Shown here in pieces: positions 1-8,266 of a stretch of DNA of 47,646 nucleotides. Under the pieces are notes generated by a model, which was not told where the DNA came from, did no database searches, and was given only the letters and a program-made list of their open reading frames with translations. The position numbers and the translations under genes are program-made. Within the stretch, counting starts at the first letter, position 1; each line of letters opens with the position of its first letter. Source of the stretch: Candidatus Gottesmanbacteria bacterium GW2011_GWA2_43_14 (GTDB taxonomy: Bacteria > Patescibacteriota > Microgenomatia > 2-02-FULL-39-11); NCBI GenBank assembly GCA_000999095.1, contig LCFP01000009.1, forward strand, positions 1 through 47,646, read 5' to 3'.

Positions 1-104
1 ACGAAATCAGGCCGCATGAATCTCTTGATTATCTGACTCCTATTGAATATGCTACCAAAAACTTCGAAGTGTCACCTATGTGGTCGTCCAGGACACGGAT
101 TTGA
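1..104 (+). mobile_element. 3' end of IS481/IS3-type DDE transposase and probable right IS end (truncated by window)
   Basis: Frame 3 reads EIRPHESLDYLTPIEYATKNFEVSPMWSSRTRI*, matching the integrase-core C-terminal RPHxxLxYxTP motif. GTGTCACCTATGTGGTCGTCCAGGACA ends in ACA at 95, like IS481 termini (TGT...ACA). Confidence 0.7.
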
Positions 105-111
105 CAACGTT

Positions 112-120
112 TGGTATAAT
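112..120 (+). promoter_or_regulatory. Extended -10 promoter (TGnTATAAT) for the T-box/tRNA/his transcript
   Basis: TGGTATAAT about 20 nt before T-box Stem I. TTGACA at 101-106 is only 8 nt upstream, too close to be its -35. Confidence 0.55.
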
Positions 121-140
121 GAAAAAAATAAAGTTATAAA

Positions 141-360
141 GCGTTTAACCGGAGTCACGATCCGGGAGCTGAAGGCCAAAATGCCTTACGGAAGCTTATC
201 CGTAAAATGAAGCAATCGGTGTCGCCAGCGCGGAGCCGTACCAAGAGTCCTCCGAAGTAAGATCGGAGGGAAGAAGGATGGGACCGCGGGAGGTCCATTT
301 TTTATGCCTCTCGTTCCTTAAGCACTATTGATTTAGTGGTTAAAGAACGGGAGGTTTTTA
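141..360 (+). ncRNA. T-box riboswitch, His-specific, ultrashort Stem I, transcription-attenuation type
   Basis: Stem I CCGGA-gtCACga-TCCGG (149-165) with His codon CAC in the loop and a flanking GA/K-turn-like GAGC; hairpin TTACGGA/TCCGTAA; F-box-like GCCGTA (235-240); Stem III CTCCGA/TCGGAG; antiterminator AAGGA-TGGGACC-GCGGGAGG...CCTCTCGT-TCCTT (274-319). Confidence 0.9.
307..360 (+). terminator. Intrinsic terminator of the T-box leader
   Basis: CCTCTCGTTC...GAACGGGAGG hairpin (307-354) followed by TTTTT; its 5' arm is shared with the antiterminator 3' strand, so the two are mutually exclusive. Confidence 0.85.
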
Positions 361-368
361 TTGTAAAT

Positions 369-441
369 GGTGGGTGTAGCTCAGGAGCAGAGCGTCCGCC
401 TGTGGAGCGGAAGGTCGCGGGGGCAGAACCCGTCATCCACC
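369..441 (+). tRNA. tRNA-His (GUG), G-1 encoded, C73, full CCA not encoded
   Basis: Acceptor GTGGGTG/CATCCAC, D stem GCTC/GAGC, anticodon arm TCCGC-ctGTGga-GCGGA, T arm GCGGG-ggcagaa-CCCGT. G-1:C73 is the His identity pair. Confidence 0.92.
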
Positions 442-444
442 CAT

Positions 445-1323
445 ATGAATAAACAAAGTAAAGAAAATTTAATTCTTGCTGTTCAAAAAGAAGGGCGTTT
501 GACCGAAGAAACGCTGTCTTTTTTGTGGAAAGCTGGCTTGAAGTTTGAAAATTACAAAAATAAGTTATTTATTACCTGCAGAAATTTTCCTTTAACAATT
601 CTTTTTGTCAGAATAAATGACATTCCGGATTATATAACGTCCCAAACAGCGGATTTAGGTATTACCGGCCAGAATCTACTTTGTGAAAAACGGCCCATCG
701 TCAGTAAACTATTGAATTTGCGTTACGGATTTTGCTCACTGGTAATTGCGGTACCAAAGGACTCGCAAATCAAAAAATTACAGGATTTAAAAAATAAAAA
801 AATCGCTACCTCCTATCCTGAATCACTGATAAATTTTCTGAGTAAAAAGAGAATTAAAGCCGACATCAAAATTATAAACGGATCAGTTGAAATAGCTCCT
901 TCCATTGGACTTTCCGATGCTGTAGCCGATCTGGTTTCATCCGGATCGACTTTGGCCAGTCATGATCTGAAAGTGTTAACGAAAATATATGATTCAGAGT
1001 CGGTTCTGATCAGCGGTAAAAATATTTCCAAACGGAAAATGAAAAGTCTGTTATTAAAACAATTATTAGGAAGGTTTAAATCAGTCTTATCAGCCGAGAA
1101 TTATAAATGCATATATTTGGAATTACCTGAAAACAGATACCGGAAACTGAAAAAAATTATTCCGGGAATAAAAATCGAATCTGCAGTTTCCATAGGAAAA
1201 AATCGTCTTTTTATTTCAGCCGTAATTAAAGAAGATTTTATTTGGAATTCGCTCGATAAATTAAAAGCAATAGGGTCAGGCAGTATTTATCTTCAACCGT
1301 TGGAAAAAATTATCAACATTTAA
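445..1323 (+). CDS. hisG: ATP phosphoribosyltransferase, long form
   Basis: LAVQKEGRL, DIPDYI..DLGITG, IATSYP and GSVEIAP..DAVADLVSSGSTL motifs. Start reassigned to ATG 445 because 367-444 overlaps the tRNA. Confidence 0.95.
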   Translation: MNKQSKENLILAVQKEGRLTEETLSFLWKAGLKFENYKNKLFITCRNFPLTILFVRINDIPDYITSQTADLGITGQNLLCEKRPIVSKLLNLRYGFCSLVIAVPKDSQIKKLQDLKNKKIATSYPESLINFLSKKRIKADIKIINGSVEIAPSIGLSDAVADLVSSGSTLASHDLKVLTKIYDSESVLISGKNISKRKMKSLLLKQLLGRFKSVLSAENYKCIYLELPENRYRKLKKIIPGIKIESAVSIGKNRLFISAVIKEDFIWNSLDKLKAIGSGSIYLQPLEKIINI

Positions 1324-1332
1324 ATAACAAAT

Positions 1333-2622
1333 ATGAAAGTTGTCAAACTCAAAGAGTTGTCCTCAAAAGATTATCAAAGAATTGCGGCGCGCTCAAGCGG
1401 AACTAATCCGCATATTCTTCCAAAGGTTAGACAGATCATGGAAGCTGTCAGAAAAGAAGGCGATAAATACTTAGTCGGTGAATTTAAACGCCGCTTCGGT
1501 AAAAGTAATTTCAAATCGTTCTTAGTTTCGAAAGATGAGATTAGAGAAGCTTACCGCCAAGTTGATAAACGGCTGATAACCGGACTTAAACAGATGATCA
1601 AGAACATTACTATGGTCCATAAAGCACACTTACCCAAAAAGACAGATAGGAAAGTTTTTTCGGAAAAAGGAATAGCTGTCTGGAGGGTCTGGCGAGCGAT
1701 TGAAATAGTCGGTATTTATATTCCCGGAGGTAAAGCAATTTACCCCTCATCTGTTTTAATGACTGCTATTCCGGCGGCAATTGCCGGTTGTCGGGAAATT
1801 GTCATGTGTTCACCGGCAAGAGGTGATGGGCAGATTCCTCCAGCGACCCTGGTTGCCGCCGACATGGTTGGTCTAACCAAAATATTTAAAACCGGTGGGG
1901 TTGAAGCGATTGCCGCCATGACCTACGGTACGGAAACCATTCCGGCTGTTTATAAAATTTTTGGAGCAGGCAATTCCTTAGTTACTGCTGCCAAGTTGCT
2001 GGCCTTGGAAAAAATTGCCATCGATATGCCAGCCGGTCCATCAGAAATTTTTATCATTGCAGACAAAGAAGCAAATCCCGGTTTCATTGCCGCTGACCTC
2101 TTGGCTGACGGTGAACACGGGTTTGATTCCGCCTGCATTTTGTTAACTACTTCAAGAAAAGTTGCAGAAGAGACTATAAAAGAAATCAAAAAGCAGTTAC
2201 TAAAGCTTTCAACCGGTAAGATGGCGGAAGCATCGATTCGAAAGTTCGGTCTGTTTGCGGTAGTGGATTCGCTCGAAGAAGCGATTGATTTTACCAACAG
2301 TTATGCTCCGGAACATTTGGAAATTATGGTTGAAAATCCGGAAAAGGTAGTAGCTAATATTACTAACGCCGGATCGGTTTTCCTGGGTGAATATACTTCC
2401 AAATCCGCAGGGGACTATGCAACAGGAGCAAATCACGTATTGCCAACAGGAGGTATGGCGAAGAATTATCCGCCTTTGGGAGTTGAGGCCTTTGGTAAAT
2501 GGATGCAGGTACAAAAATGCAGTCGTAAAGGGCTTAGTGGGATAAGAGAAACGATCAGAATATTGGCTGAATACGAGGGATTACCGGCACATGATGTTTC
2601 AGCGGATATAAGATTTAAGTAA
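1333..2622 (+). CDS. hisD: Histidinol dehydrogenase
   Basis: GIYIPGGKAIYPSSVLM, IDMPAGPSE, APEHLE and GDYATGANHVLPT motifs. Confidence 0.97.
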   Translation: MKVVKLKELSSKDYQRIAARSSGTNPHILPKVRQIMEAVRKEGDKYLVGEFKRRFGKSNFKSFLVSKDEIREAYRQVDKRLITGLKQMIKNITMVHKAHLPKKTDRKVFSEKGIAVWRVWRAIEIVGIYIPGGKAIYPSSVLMTAIPAAIAGCREIVMCSPARGDGQIPPATLVAADMVGLTKIFKTGGVEAIAAMTYGTETIPAVYKIFGAGNSLVTAAKLLALEKIAIDMPAGPSEIFIIADKEANPGFIAADLLADGEHGFDSACILLTTSRKVAEETIKEIKKQLLKLSTGKMAEASIRKFGLFAVVDSLEEAIDFTNSYAPEHLEIMVENPEKVVANITNAGSVFLGEYTSKSAGDYATGANHVLPTGGMAKNYPPLGVEAFGKWMQVQKCSRKGLSGIRETIRILAEYEGLPAHDVSADIRFK

Positions 2623-2632
2623 GAAAATAATT

Positions 2633-3703
2633 ATGACTGACCAATTTTTTTCAAAAATCGCGCAGACGGCAGTACCTTATGCCTGGGAAAAGGGAGTGGT
2701 TCCGGGCATGTTTCGTTTTGACTGTAATACTCTTACAGATCCGCCGGCATGCCTGGATCAATTTCTGAATGATATGAAGAGGAAATGTCCGATAAATGAA
2801 TATGGTGATCCCGACTGCAGCCGGTTAAAGGCACTTATCGCCGTATATGAAAAAATTAAACCGAATCAAGTAACGGTCACTAACAGCGGAGACGAGGCAA
2901 TTGATATTTTAGCCAAAACATTTTTAGATCCCGGCGATAAATTCATGGTCACGCCGCCGACATATGAAATGTTTCAAATCCAATCTCAAATTAACGGAGG
3001 CAAAAGAATCGACATTCCATTAACGGGAAGAAATTTCCGGATTGATAAGAAAGAAATAATTGCACGCTGTAAAAAAGGCAGGGTCAAACTTATATTTTTA
3101 TGTAATCCCAATAATCCTACTGGGTCTGTAATTCATCCGGCAGATATTGAAGAAATTGTAGGTAAAGCCGGGACAGTGGTTGTTGTTGATGAAGCCTATC
3201 GCGAATTTTACGGTAAGACTTCGGTAGGCTTAATATCTAAATACAACAATCTGGTGATTTTAAGAAGTTTTTCCAAATTCGGTTCAATTGCCGGAGCCAG
3301 AGTTGGTTATCTTCTGGCAAATCAAAAAGTATCTGAAAAATTCGATGCCATTAGATTGCCAATGGGTGTTTCTTATTTTTCCTCTATGTTGGCGGAAAGA
3401 GTTCTTGAAGATAAAAATTGGATTATCAGAAATTCCGGGGAAATTATCCGGGAAAGAACAAAACTTGCAAAAGTTTTCCGTAAACTAGGGTTTGAAGTAT
3501 ATGACAGCGCTGCCAATTTCCTGTTGGTAAGAATCGGGGATAAAGCCGGAGAGATTTGCCGGAAATTAAAATCGCGAAAAATATTGGTGCGGGACCTAAG
3601 TAATCAAAAATATCTGGAAGGATGTGTCAGGATAACCGTCCGCAGCAAAAACGAAAATAAAATATTAGTATGTGTTTTAAAGGAGATTCTTAATGAAAAA
3701 TAA
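2633..3703 (+). CDS. hisC: Histidinol-phosphate aminotransferase
   Basis: LCNPNNPTG, VDEAYREF and RSFSK..AGARVGY class II PLP motifs; operon context. Confidence 0.93.
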   Translation: MTDQFFSKIAQTAVPYAWEKGVVPGMFRFDCNTLTDPPACLDQFLNDMKRKCPINEYGDPDCSRLKALIAVYEKIKPNQVTVTNSGDEAIDILAKTFLDPGDKFMVTPPTYEMFQIQSQINGGKRIDIPLTGRNFRIDKKEIIARCKKGRVKLIFLCNPNNPTGSVIHPADIEEIVGKAGTVVVVDEAYREFYGKTSVGLISKYNNLVILRSFSKFGSIAGARVGYLLANQKVSEKFDAIRLPMGVSYFSSMLAERVLEDKNWIIRNSGEIIRERTKLAKVFRKLGFEVYDSAANFLLVRIGDKAGEICRKLKSRKILVRDLSNQKYLEGCVRITVRSKNENKILVCVLKEILNEK

Positions 3704-4445
3704 GTTTGATTGCCTAATTTTTGACATGGACGGGGTACTGGTGGATGTATCCCGGTCATACCGTAAAGCGATTGAATTAACGGTAAATTTTTATTTGACA
3801 GAAAAAGGCAATGCCGGAAAAATCAGCCAGAAAGAAGTAAACAGAATAAAAAATCAGCCCGGATTTAACAATGACTGGGATGCGGCGTACCGACTGGTCG
3901 GATTATCAAAAAGGGACAGTAAACCTGATGGAATATTGCCGCTAACCGAACAGGAGAGAAACAGCCGAATTTTCAGAAAGCTGAAGAGGATATTCCAGAA
4001 TTTTTATTTGGGCAGTCAGTTGTATGAATCGATTTACGGAAAAAAAGCCGGATATATTGTTGGACTTGGATTGATAGAAAAAGAATCACTGTTAATCAGG
4101 AAAAATTTATTGCTACTTCTAAAACGAAAATATTCTCTGGCAATTGCCACCGGTCGTCCCCGACCGGAAGCCCTCTATACGTTGAGACGATTCGAACTTG
4201 AAACCGGTTTCCACGCGGACATGGTAGTTGCTTTTGAAGATGCAGCATACCCGAAACCCTCCCCGGATCCTTTAATTACCGCAGCCGGCAGAGCTGGAGG
4301 AAAGAATTGTGTTTATATAGGTGACACAATCAGTGACATCGAGGCAGCTGAAAGAGCGGGAATGTTTTCTGTTTATATCGGAAAAGAAAAAATGGGAAAT
4401 CTGCAGCTTAAAAATGTTAATCATTTGAAGGAGGTCTTTTTGTGA
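3693..4445 (+). CDS. HAD-superfamily hydrolase, probable histidinol-phosphatase
   Basis: FDMDGVLVD, GFNNDWD, TGRP, KPSP and YIGDTISD motifs; lies between hisC and a monofunctional hisB. Confidence 0.8.
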   Translation: MKNKFDCLIFDMDGVLVDVSRSYRKAIELTVNFYLTEKGNAGKISQKEVNRIKNQPGFNNDWDAAYRLVGLSKRDSKPDGILPLTEQERNSRIFRKLKRIFQNFYLGSQLYESIYGKKAGYIVGLGLIEKESLLIRKNLLLLLKRKYSLAIATGRPRPEALYTLRRFELETGFHADMVVAFEDAAYPKPSPDPLITAAGRAGGKNCVYIGDTISDIEAAERAGMFSVYIGKEKMGNLQLKNVNHLKEVFL

Positions 4446-5035
4446 CAAAAAGAGTGGCACAAATTAACCGGAAGACCAATGAAACTGATATCAGTCTGAC
4501 TTTAAATCTAGAAGGAACGGGTAAAAGCGTTTTGGATGTGCCATTGGGCTTTTTAAGTCATATGTTGTCGTTGTTTGCTGTTAACGGCGGTTTTGATCTG
4601 AAAGTCAGAGCAGCGGGAGACATTGAAGTTGATGAACACCATTTGACTGAAGATTTGGGAATCGTACTTGGCCAGGCGTTTGCCAGGTGTTTGGGAGATA
4701 AGCGCGGGATAAACCGCTTCGGTTTTTTTATATTACCGATGGATGAAGTCCTGGCAACTGTCGCGGTTGATTTTGCCGGCCGCTACGCTTTCGGTTTTAA
4801 TTCTGTATTTAGCCGGGAAAAAATCGGCGATTTCCCGACCGAGCTGGTATATGATTTTTGGCAAGCGTTTGCCCAAAATGCCCGGGCGAATCTGTTTATT
4901 AAAACCGAGTTTGTCCGCAATGACCATCATCAGATCGAAGCAATTTTTAAGGCGACGGCCCGGGCAATGAAACAAGCTGTGGTTATAGATCCGAAAATTA
5001 AAAATGAGATACCTTCAACGAAAGGCGTCATATGA
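4442..5035 (+). CDS. hisB: Imidazoleglycerol-phosphate dehydratase (monofunctional)
   Basis: RKTNETDI, DEHHLTED, PMDE, NDHHQIEAIFKA and IPSTKG motifs. Confidence 0.97.
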   Translation: MTKRVAQINRKTNETDISLTLNLEGTGKSVLDVPLGFLSHMLSLFAVNGGFDLKVRAAGDIEVDEHHLTEDLGIVLGQAFARCLGDKRGINRFGFFILPMDEVLATVAVDFAGRYAFGFNSVFSREKIGDFPTELVYDFWQAFAQNARANLFIKTEFVRNDHHQIEAIFKATARAMKQAVVIDPKIKNEIPSTKGVI

Positions 5036-5637
5036 TCGCTGTTGTGGATTACGGAATAGGAAATATTGGCAGTGTTGCCAACACCATAAATAAACTGGGA
5101 TTTAAATTTAGAATTACAGGCGATCCTGAAATTATTGGTAAAAGTAAAATTATTATTTTACCCGGGGTAGGATCGGCTGCAGCAGGCATGGCAAATTTAA
5201 AAAAATTAAACTTGGCTGAAACTATTACCGATCAGTTGAGAAATAGAAAGCCTTTCCTGGGAATATGTTTAGGCATGCAGCTACTATTCGATTACAGTGA
5301 AGAGGGTAAAGTTGAATGTTTGGGATTTATTAAAGGTAAAGTATTGAAATTTAAGAAGATGAAGAAAGTCCCTCACATAGGCTGGAACAGAGTCAGTTTT
5401 AAGTCTAATGGATTTAAATATTCTCAAGGATTTAAAGCAAACAGCTATTTTTATTTTGTAAACAGTTATTATTGCGAGCCTGCTGATAAATCAATTGTTG
5501 CCGGAACTACGGATTACGGTGAAAGTTTTGCCAGTGTAATTATACGAAATAATTTATTGGCTACTCAATTTCATCCTGAAAAAAGCGGCATTACCGGATT
5601 ATATTTACTCAATAATTTTTTTAAACATTATCTATGA
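5032..5637 (+). CDS. hisH: IGP synthase glutamine amidotransferase subunit
   Basis: VDYGIGN, LPGVG, GICLGMQ, PHIGWN and QFHPEKS motifs. Confidence 0.97.
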   Translation: MIAVVDYGIGNIGSVANTINKLGFKFRITGDPEIIGKSKIIILPGVGSAAAGMANLKKLNLAETITDQLRNRKPFLGICLGMQLLFDYSEEGKVECLGFIKGKVLKFKKMKKVPHIGWNRVSFKSNGFKYSQGFKANSYFYFVNSYYCEPADKSIVAGTTDYGESFASVIIRNNLLATQFHPEKSGITGLYLLNNFFKHYL

Positions 5638-6398
5638 TTACAAAAAGAATAATTCCCTGTTTGGATATGACAGAAGGTAAAGTTGTCAAAGGCATAAAAT
5701 TTGAAGCTTTTAGAGATGCTGGTGATCCTGTGGAACTGGCTGAAATATATGACAAACAGGGAGCTGACGAGTTGGTTTTTCTTGATATTACTGCTACCGT
5801 TGATAACCGGCCGATTTTGCTTGATGTCGTAAAAAGAACTGCCGTTAAAGTTACCATACCTTTTTCCGTGGGCGGAGGCGTCAGAAGTGTTGACGATATG
5901 AGGCAAATTCTTATAAATGGTGCGGATAAAGTATCAGTAAATACAGGCAGTGTAAGAAATCCTGAGCTGATCAAAAAATGCGCCAATACTTTTGGCTCAC
6001 AATGTGTCGTTTTGTCTCTTGATGCGAAAAAAGTTAGACCAAAAATCTGGAATGTCTTTATCGACGGAGGGAGAACTGACGCCGGGTTAAATGCGATAGA
6101 ATGGGCAAAAGAAGCGGTCAGAATTGGCTGTGGAGAAATACTATTAACATCAATTGACCAGGATGGGACAAAGACGGGATTTGACGTTGAACTTACAAAA
6201 ATAATTTCCGAAGCAGTTTCAGTTCCGGTGATTGCTTCCGGTGGCGGAGGCAAGTTATCGGACTTTTATGATATTTTTTCCAAGGGTAAAGCCGACGCTG
6301 CCTTAGCTGCGTCATTGTTTCATTTCAATGAATTGACTGTCCTGCAGATAAAAGATTATTTAGAAAAAAAAGGTATTGAAGTCCGAAATGAAACTTAA
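5634..6398 (+). CDS. hisF: IGP synthase cyclase subunit
   Basis: [34 protein letters not shown] and PVIASGG motifs. Confidence 0.97.
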   Translation: MITKRIIPCLDMTEGKVVKGIKFEAFRDAGDPVELAEIYDKQGADELVFLDITATVDNRPILLDVVKRTAVKVTIPFSVGGGVRSVDDMRQILINGADKVSVNTGSVRNPELIKKCANTFGSQCVVLSLDAKKVRPKIWNVFIDGGRTDAGLNAIEWAKEAVRIGCGEILLTSIDQDGTKTGFDVELTKIISEAVSVPVIASGGGGKLSDFYDIFSKGKADAALAASLFHFNELTVLQIKDYLEKKGIEVRNET

Positions 6399-6699
6399 TT
6401 TTGCCAAACTTGGTAGTGTTGTGCCGGTGGTGATTCAGGAAAAAAAGTCCGGTCAAATTTTGATGGTCGGTTTTATGAATAAAGAGGCAGTTTCAGCTTC
6501 CATCAGAAGCGGTTATGTTGTCTTTTGGAGCCGGGAGCGGAAAGCATTATGGAAAAAAGGGGAGACAAGCGGCAATCAATTCCGGCTTCTCGAAATAACA
6601 GCCGACTGTGACCGGGATAGTCTATTAATTCAAGTTAAACTTGTGGGGGTTGGTGCCTGTCATTTAGGTTTTAGAAGTTGTTTTCGGAATAAGTTATGA
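6388..6699 (+). CDS. hisI: Phosphoribosyl-AMP cyclohydrolase
   Basis: [20 protein letters not shown] and ACH.G..SCF motifs; ATG 6388 preferred over TTG 6376. Confidence 0.95.
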   Translation: MKLNFAKLGSVVPVVIQEKKSGQILMVGFMNKEAVSASIRSGYVVFWSRERKALWKKGETSGNQFRLLEITADCDRDSLLIQVKLVGVGACHLGFRSCFRNKL

Positions 6700-6977
6700 C
6701 CTTAAAACAATTAGTAAAAATCATCGATAGTCGGAAGAAGCAAAAGTCGCCTGAGTCTTATGTATGTCAATTAATCTCAAAAGGAACAGATCGGCTTGTC
6801 CAAAAAATCGGCGAGGAAGCAATCGAGGTAGTTATTGCTGGCAAAAACGGCAACCGGAGAGAAATAATCAGCGAATCCGCCGATCTCTTGTTCCATTTAT
6901 TGCTCTTTTGGTCACTGCAAAAAATCAGCCTGAATGATATTGAAAAAGAATTACAGGAGAGAAATATCGGACGATAA
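6696..6977 (+). CDS. hisE: Phosphoribosyl-ATP pyrophosphatase
   Basis: SY...L, KIGEEAIE and ESADLLFH motifs. Confidence 0.95.
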   Translation: MTLKQLVKIIDSRKKQKSPESYVCQLISKGTDRLVQKIGEEAIEVVIAGKNGNRREIISESADLLFHLLLFWSLQKISLNDIEKELQERNIGR

Positions 6978-8201
6978 TTAAGAAAATTTTTCCGTTAATT
7001 TCTCCTGCGGAATCGTTTCCTGTTTTTGGGTCTGTAAATTTTTCAGAGTGACTGTTTGCTTTTTTGCCTCATCCGGCCCCGCAATGACGGCGTAAGGGAT
7101 TTTTTTCTCATCGGCGTACTTGAGCTGTTTTTGCAGTTTGTCATTCGGATCCGGATAAAGGTCGGTATTGATGTTTTTACTTCTGAGAAGCTGGGTAATT
7201 TTTTGGGAGTAGGAAACCAGTTCTTTGTTAAAGACAGTGACTAAAACCCGGGTGTTTGTCGCCATTTGCGGAAAAAGCTCCATTTCCTCCATGGCCAGAA
7301 TGGTCCGGTCAAAGCCTACGGCAAAGCCGACTCCGGGAACTTTTCTGTCCGAAAATCTGGAGACGACACTGTCAAAACGCTCACAGCCCGCCAAAGAACC
7401 GCTGTCGAATTCTTCGGCAATGATTTCCCAGATTGTGCCGTTGGAATAGGAAAAGGACCGGGCAAGGGAAGGGGAGAATTTATAATTTTCTTTCATGCCG
7501 TAATTGTCCAGGAAAGAAAAAATATATTTCAGATTATCGTTAGGTTTATTATTTCTGACTCTTTCCAAAAGCTCTTTGGCTTTCCTGTCGTCAAAGCCTT
7601 TTTTAAACAGGTCTTTAATAACCCCGGTCTCTCCGATTTTATCCAGTTTATCAATGGCAATAATTGCTTCATATGGAATACCTTCATAAAGATCTCTGTC
7701 ATTGATTACGGCAACCGGTTTTTTAAAGCCCAGGTTATTATATATCTCGATTGTTAAGGCGATGGTTTCAGCGTCGGCTGTCCGGTCGTCAACGCCAAAT
7801 ATATCGGCATCGCACTGCAGGAATTCCCGGTAGCGGCCTTTCTGCGGTTTTTCCGCCCGCCAGACCGTCTGGATCTGGTACCTTTTAAAAGGCATTTTTA
7901 TTTTATCGGGATATTGGGCGACTACTCTGCAGGTGGGAACAGTCTGGTCATAGCGCAAAGCTACTTCCCGGCCTCCGGAGTCGGTAAATTTATAAAACAT
8001 CTGTTCGCCTTCGCCGATTGAACCGGCGAATATATCCAGATATTCGATGGCCGGGGTTTCCAGCGGTTCGAAGCCGTAGAGCTCGAAAGTTTTGCGGATG
8101 ATCTCGATGGCATACTGTCTTTTGCGGGCTTCTTCAGGCAGGAAATCCCGGAAGCCTTTTAATGTTCTCGGTTCAACTTTTTGATTATTTTTCATTGTCA
8201 T
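6978..8201 (-). CDS. hisS: Histidyl-tRNA synthetase
   Basis: GFRDFLP, LRYDQT, WRAEKPQKGRYREFLQCDAD, GFAVGFDR motifs and a C-terminal anticodon-binding domain (KQLKYA). Confidence 0.96.
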   Translation of the reverse strand: MTMKNNQKVEPRTLKGFRDFLPEEARKRQYAIEIIRKTFELYGFEPLETPAIEYLDIFAGSIGEGEQMFYKFTDSGGREVALRYDQTVPTCRVVAQYPDKIKMPFKRYQIQTVWRAEKPQKGRYREFLQCDADIFGVDDRTADAETIALTIEIYNNLGFKKPVAVINDRDLYEGIPYEAIIAIDKLDKIGETGVIKDLFKKGFDDRKAKELLERVRNNKPNDNLKYIFSFLDNYGMKENYKFSPSLARSFSYSNGTIWEIIAEEFDSGSLAGCERFDSVVSRFSDRKVPGVGFAVGFDRTILAMEEMELFPQMATNTRVLVTVFNKELVSYSQKITQLLRSKNINTDLYPDPNDKLQKQLKYADEKKIPYAVIAGPDEAKKQTVTLKNLQTQKQETIPQEKLTEKFS

Positions 8202-8266
8202 AACAAGATGTTAACAGTTTTAGATTTTACTGACAAGTTGACGGAGGACAGGTTGAAGTGAAAAAT

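Noticed and set aside
158-167. CGATCCGGGA in T-box Stem I matching the RAYT repeat core
   Set aside because: A 10-nt match explained by the Stem I structure; likely coincidence.
367-444. 26-codon N-terminal extension of HisG read through the tRNA
   Set aside because: It coincides with a well-formed tRNA-His, and HisG homology begins after Met at 445; the open frame is probably chance.
6978-8201. HisZ rather than HisS
   Set aside because: It retains motif 2/3 residues and the C-terminal anticodon-binding domain, and HisG is the long form.
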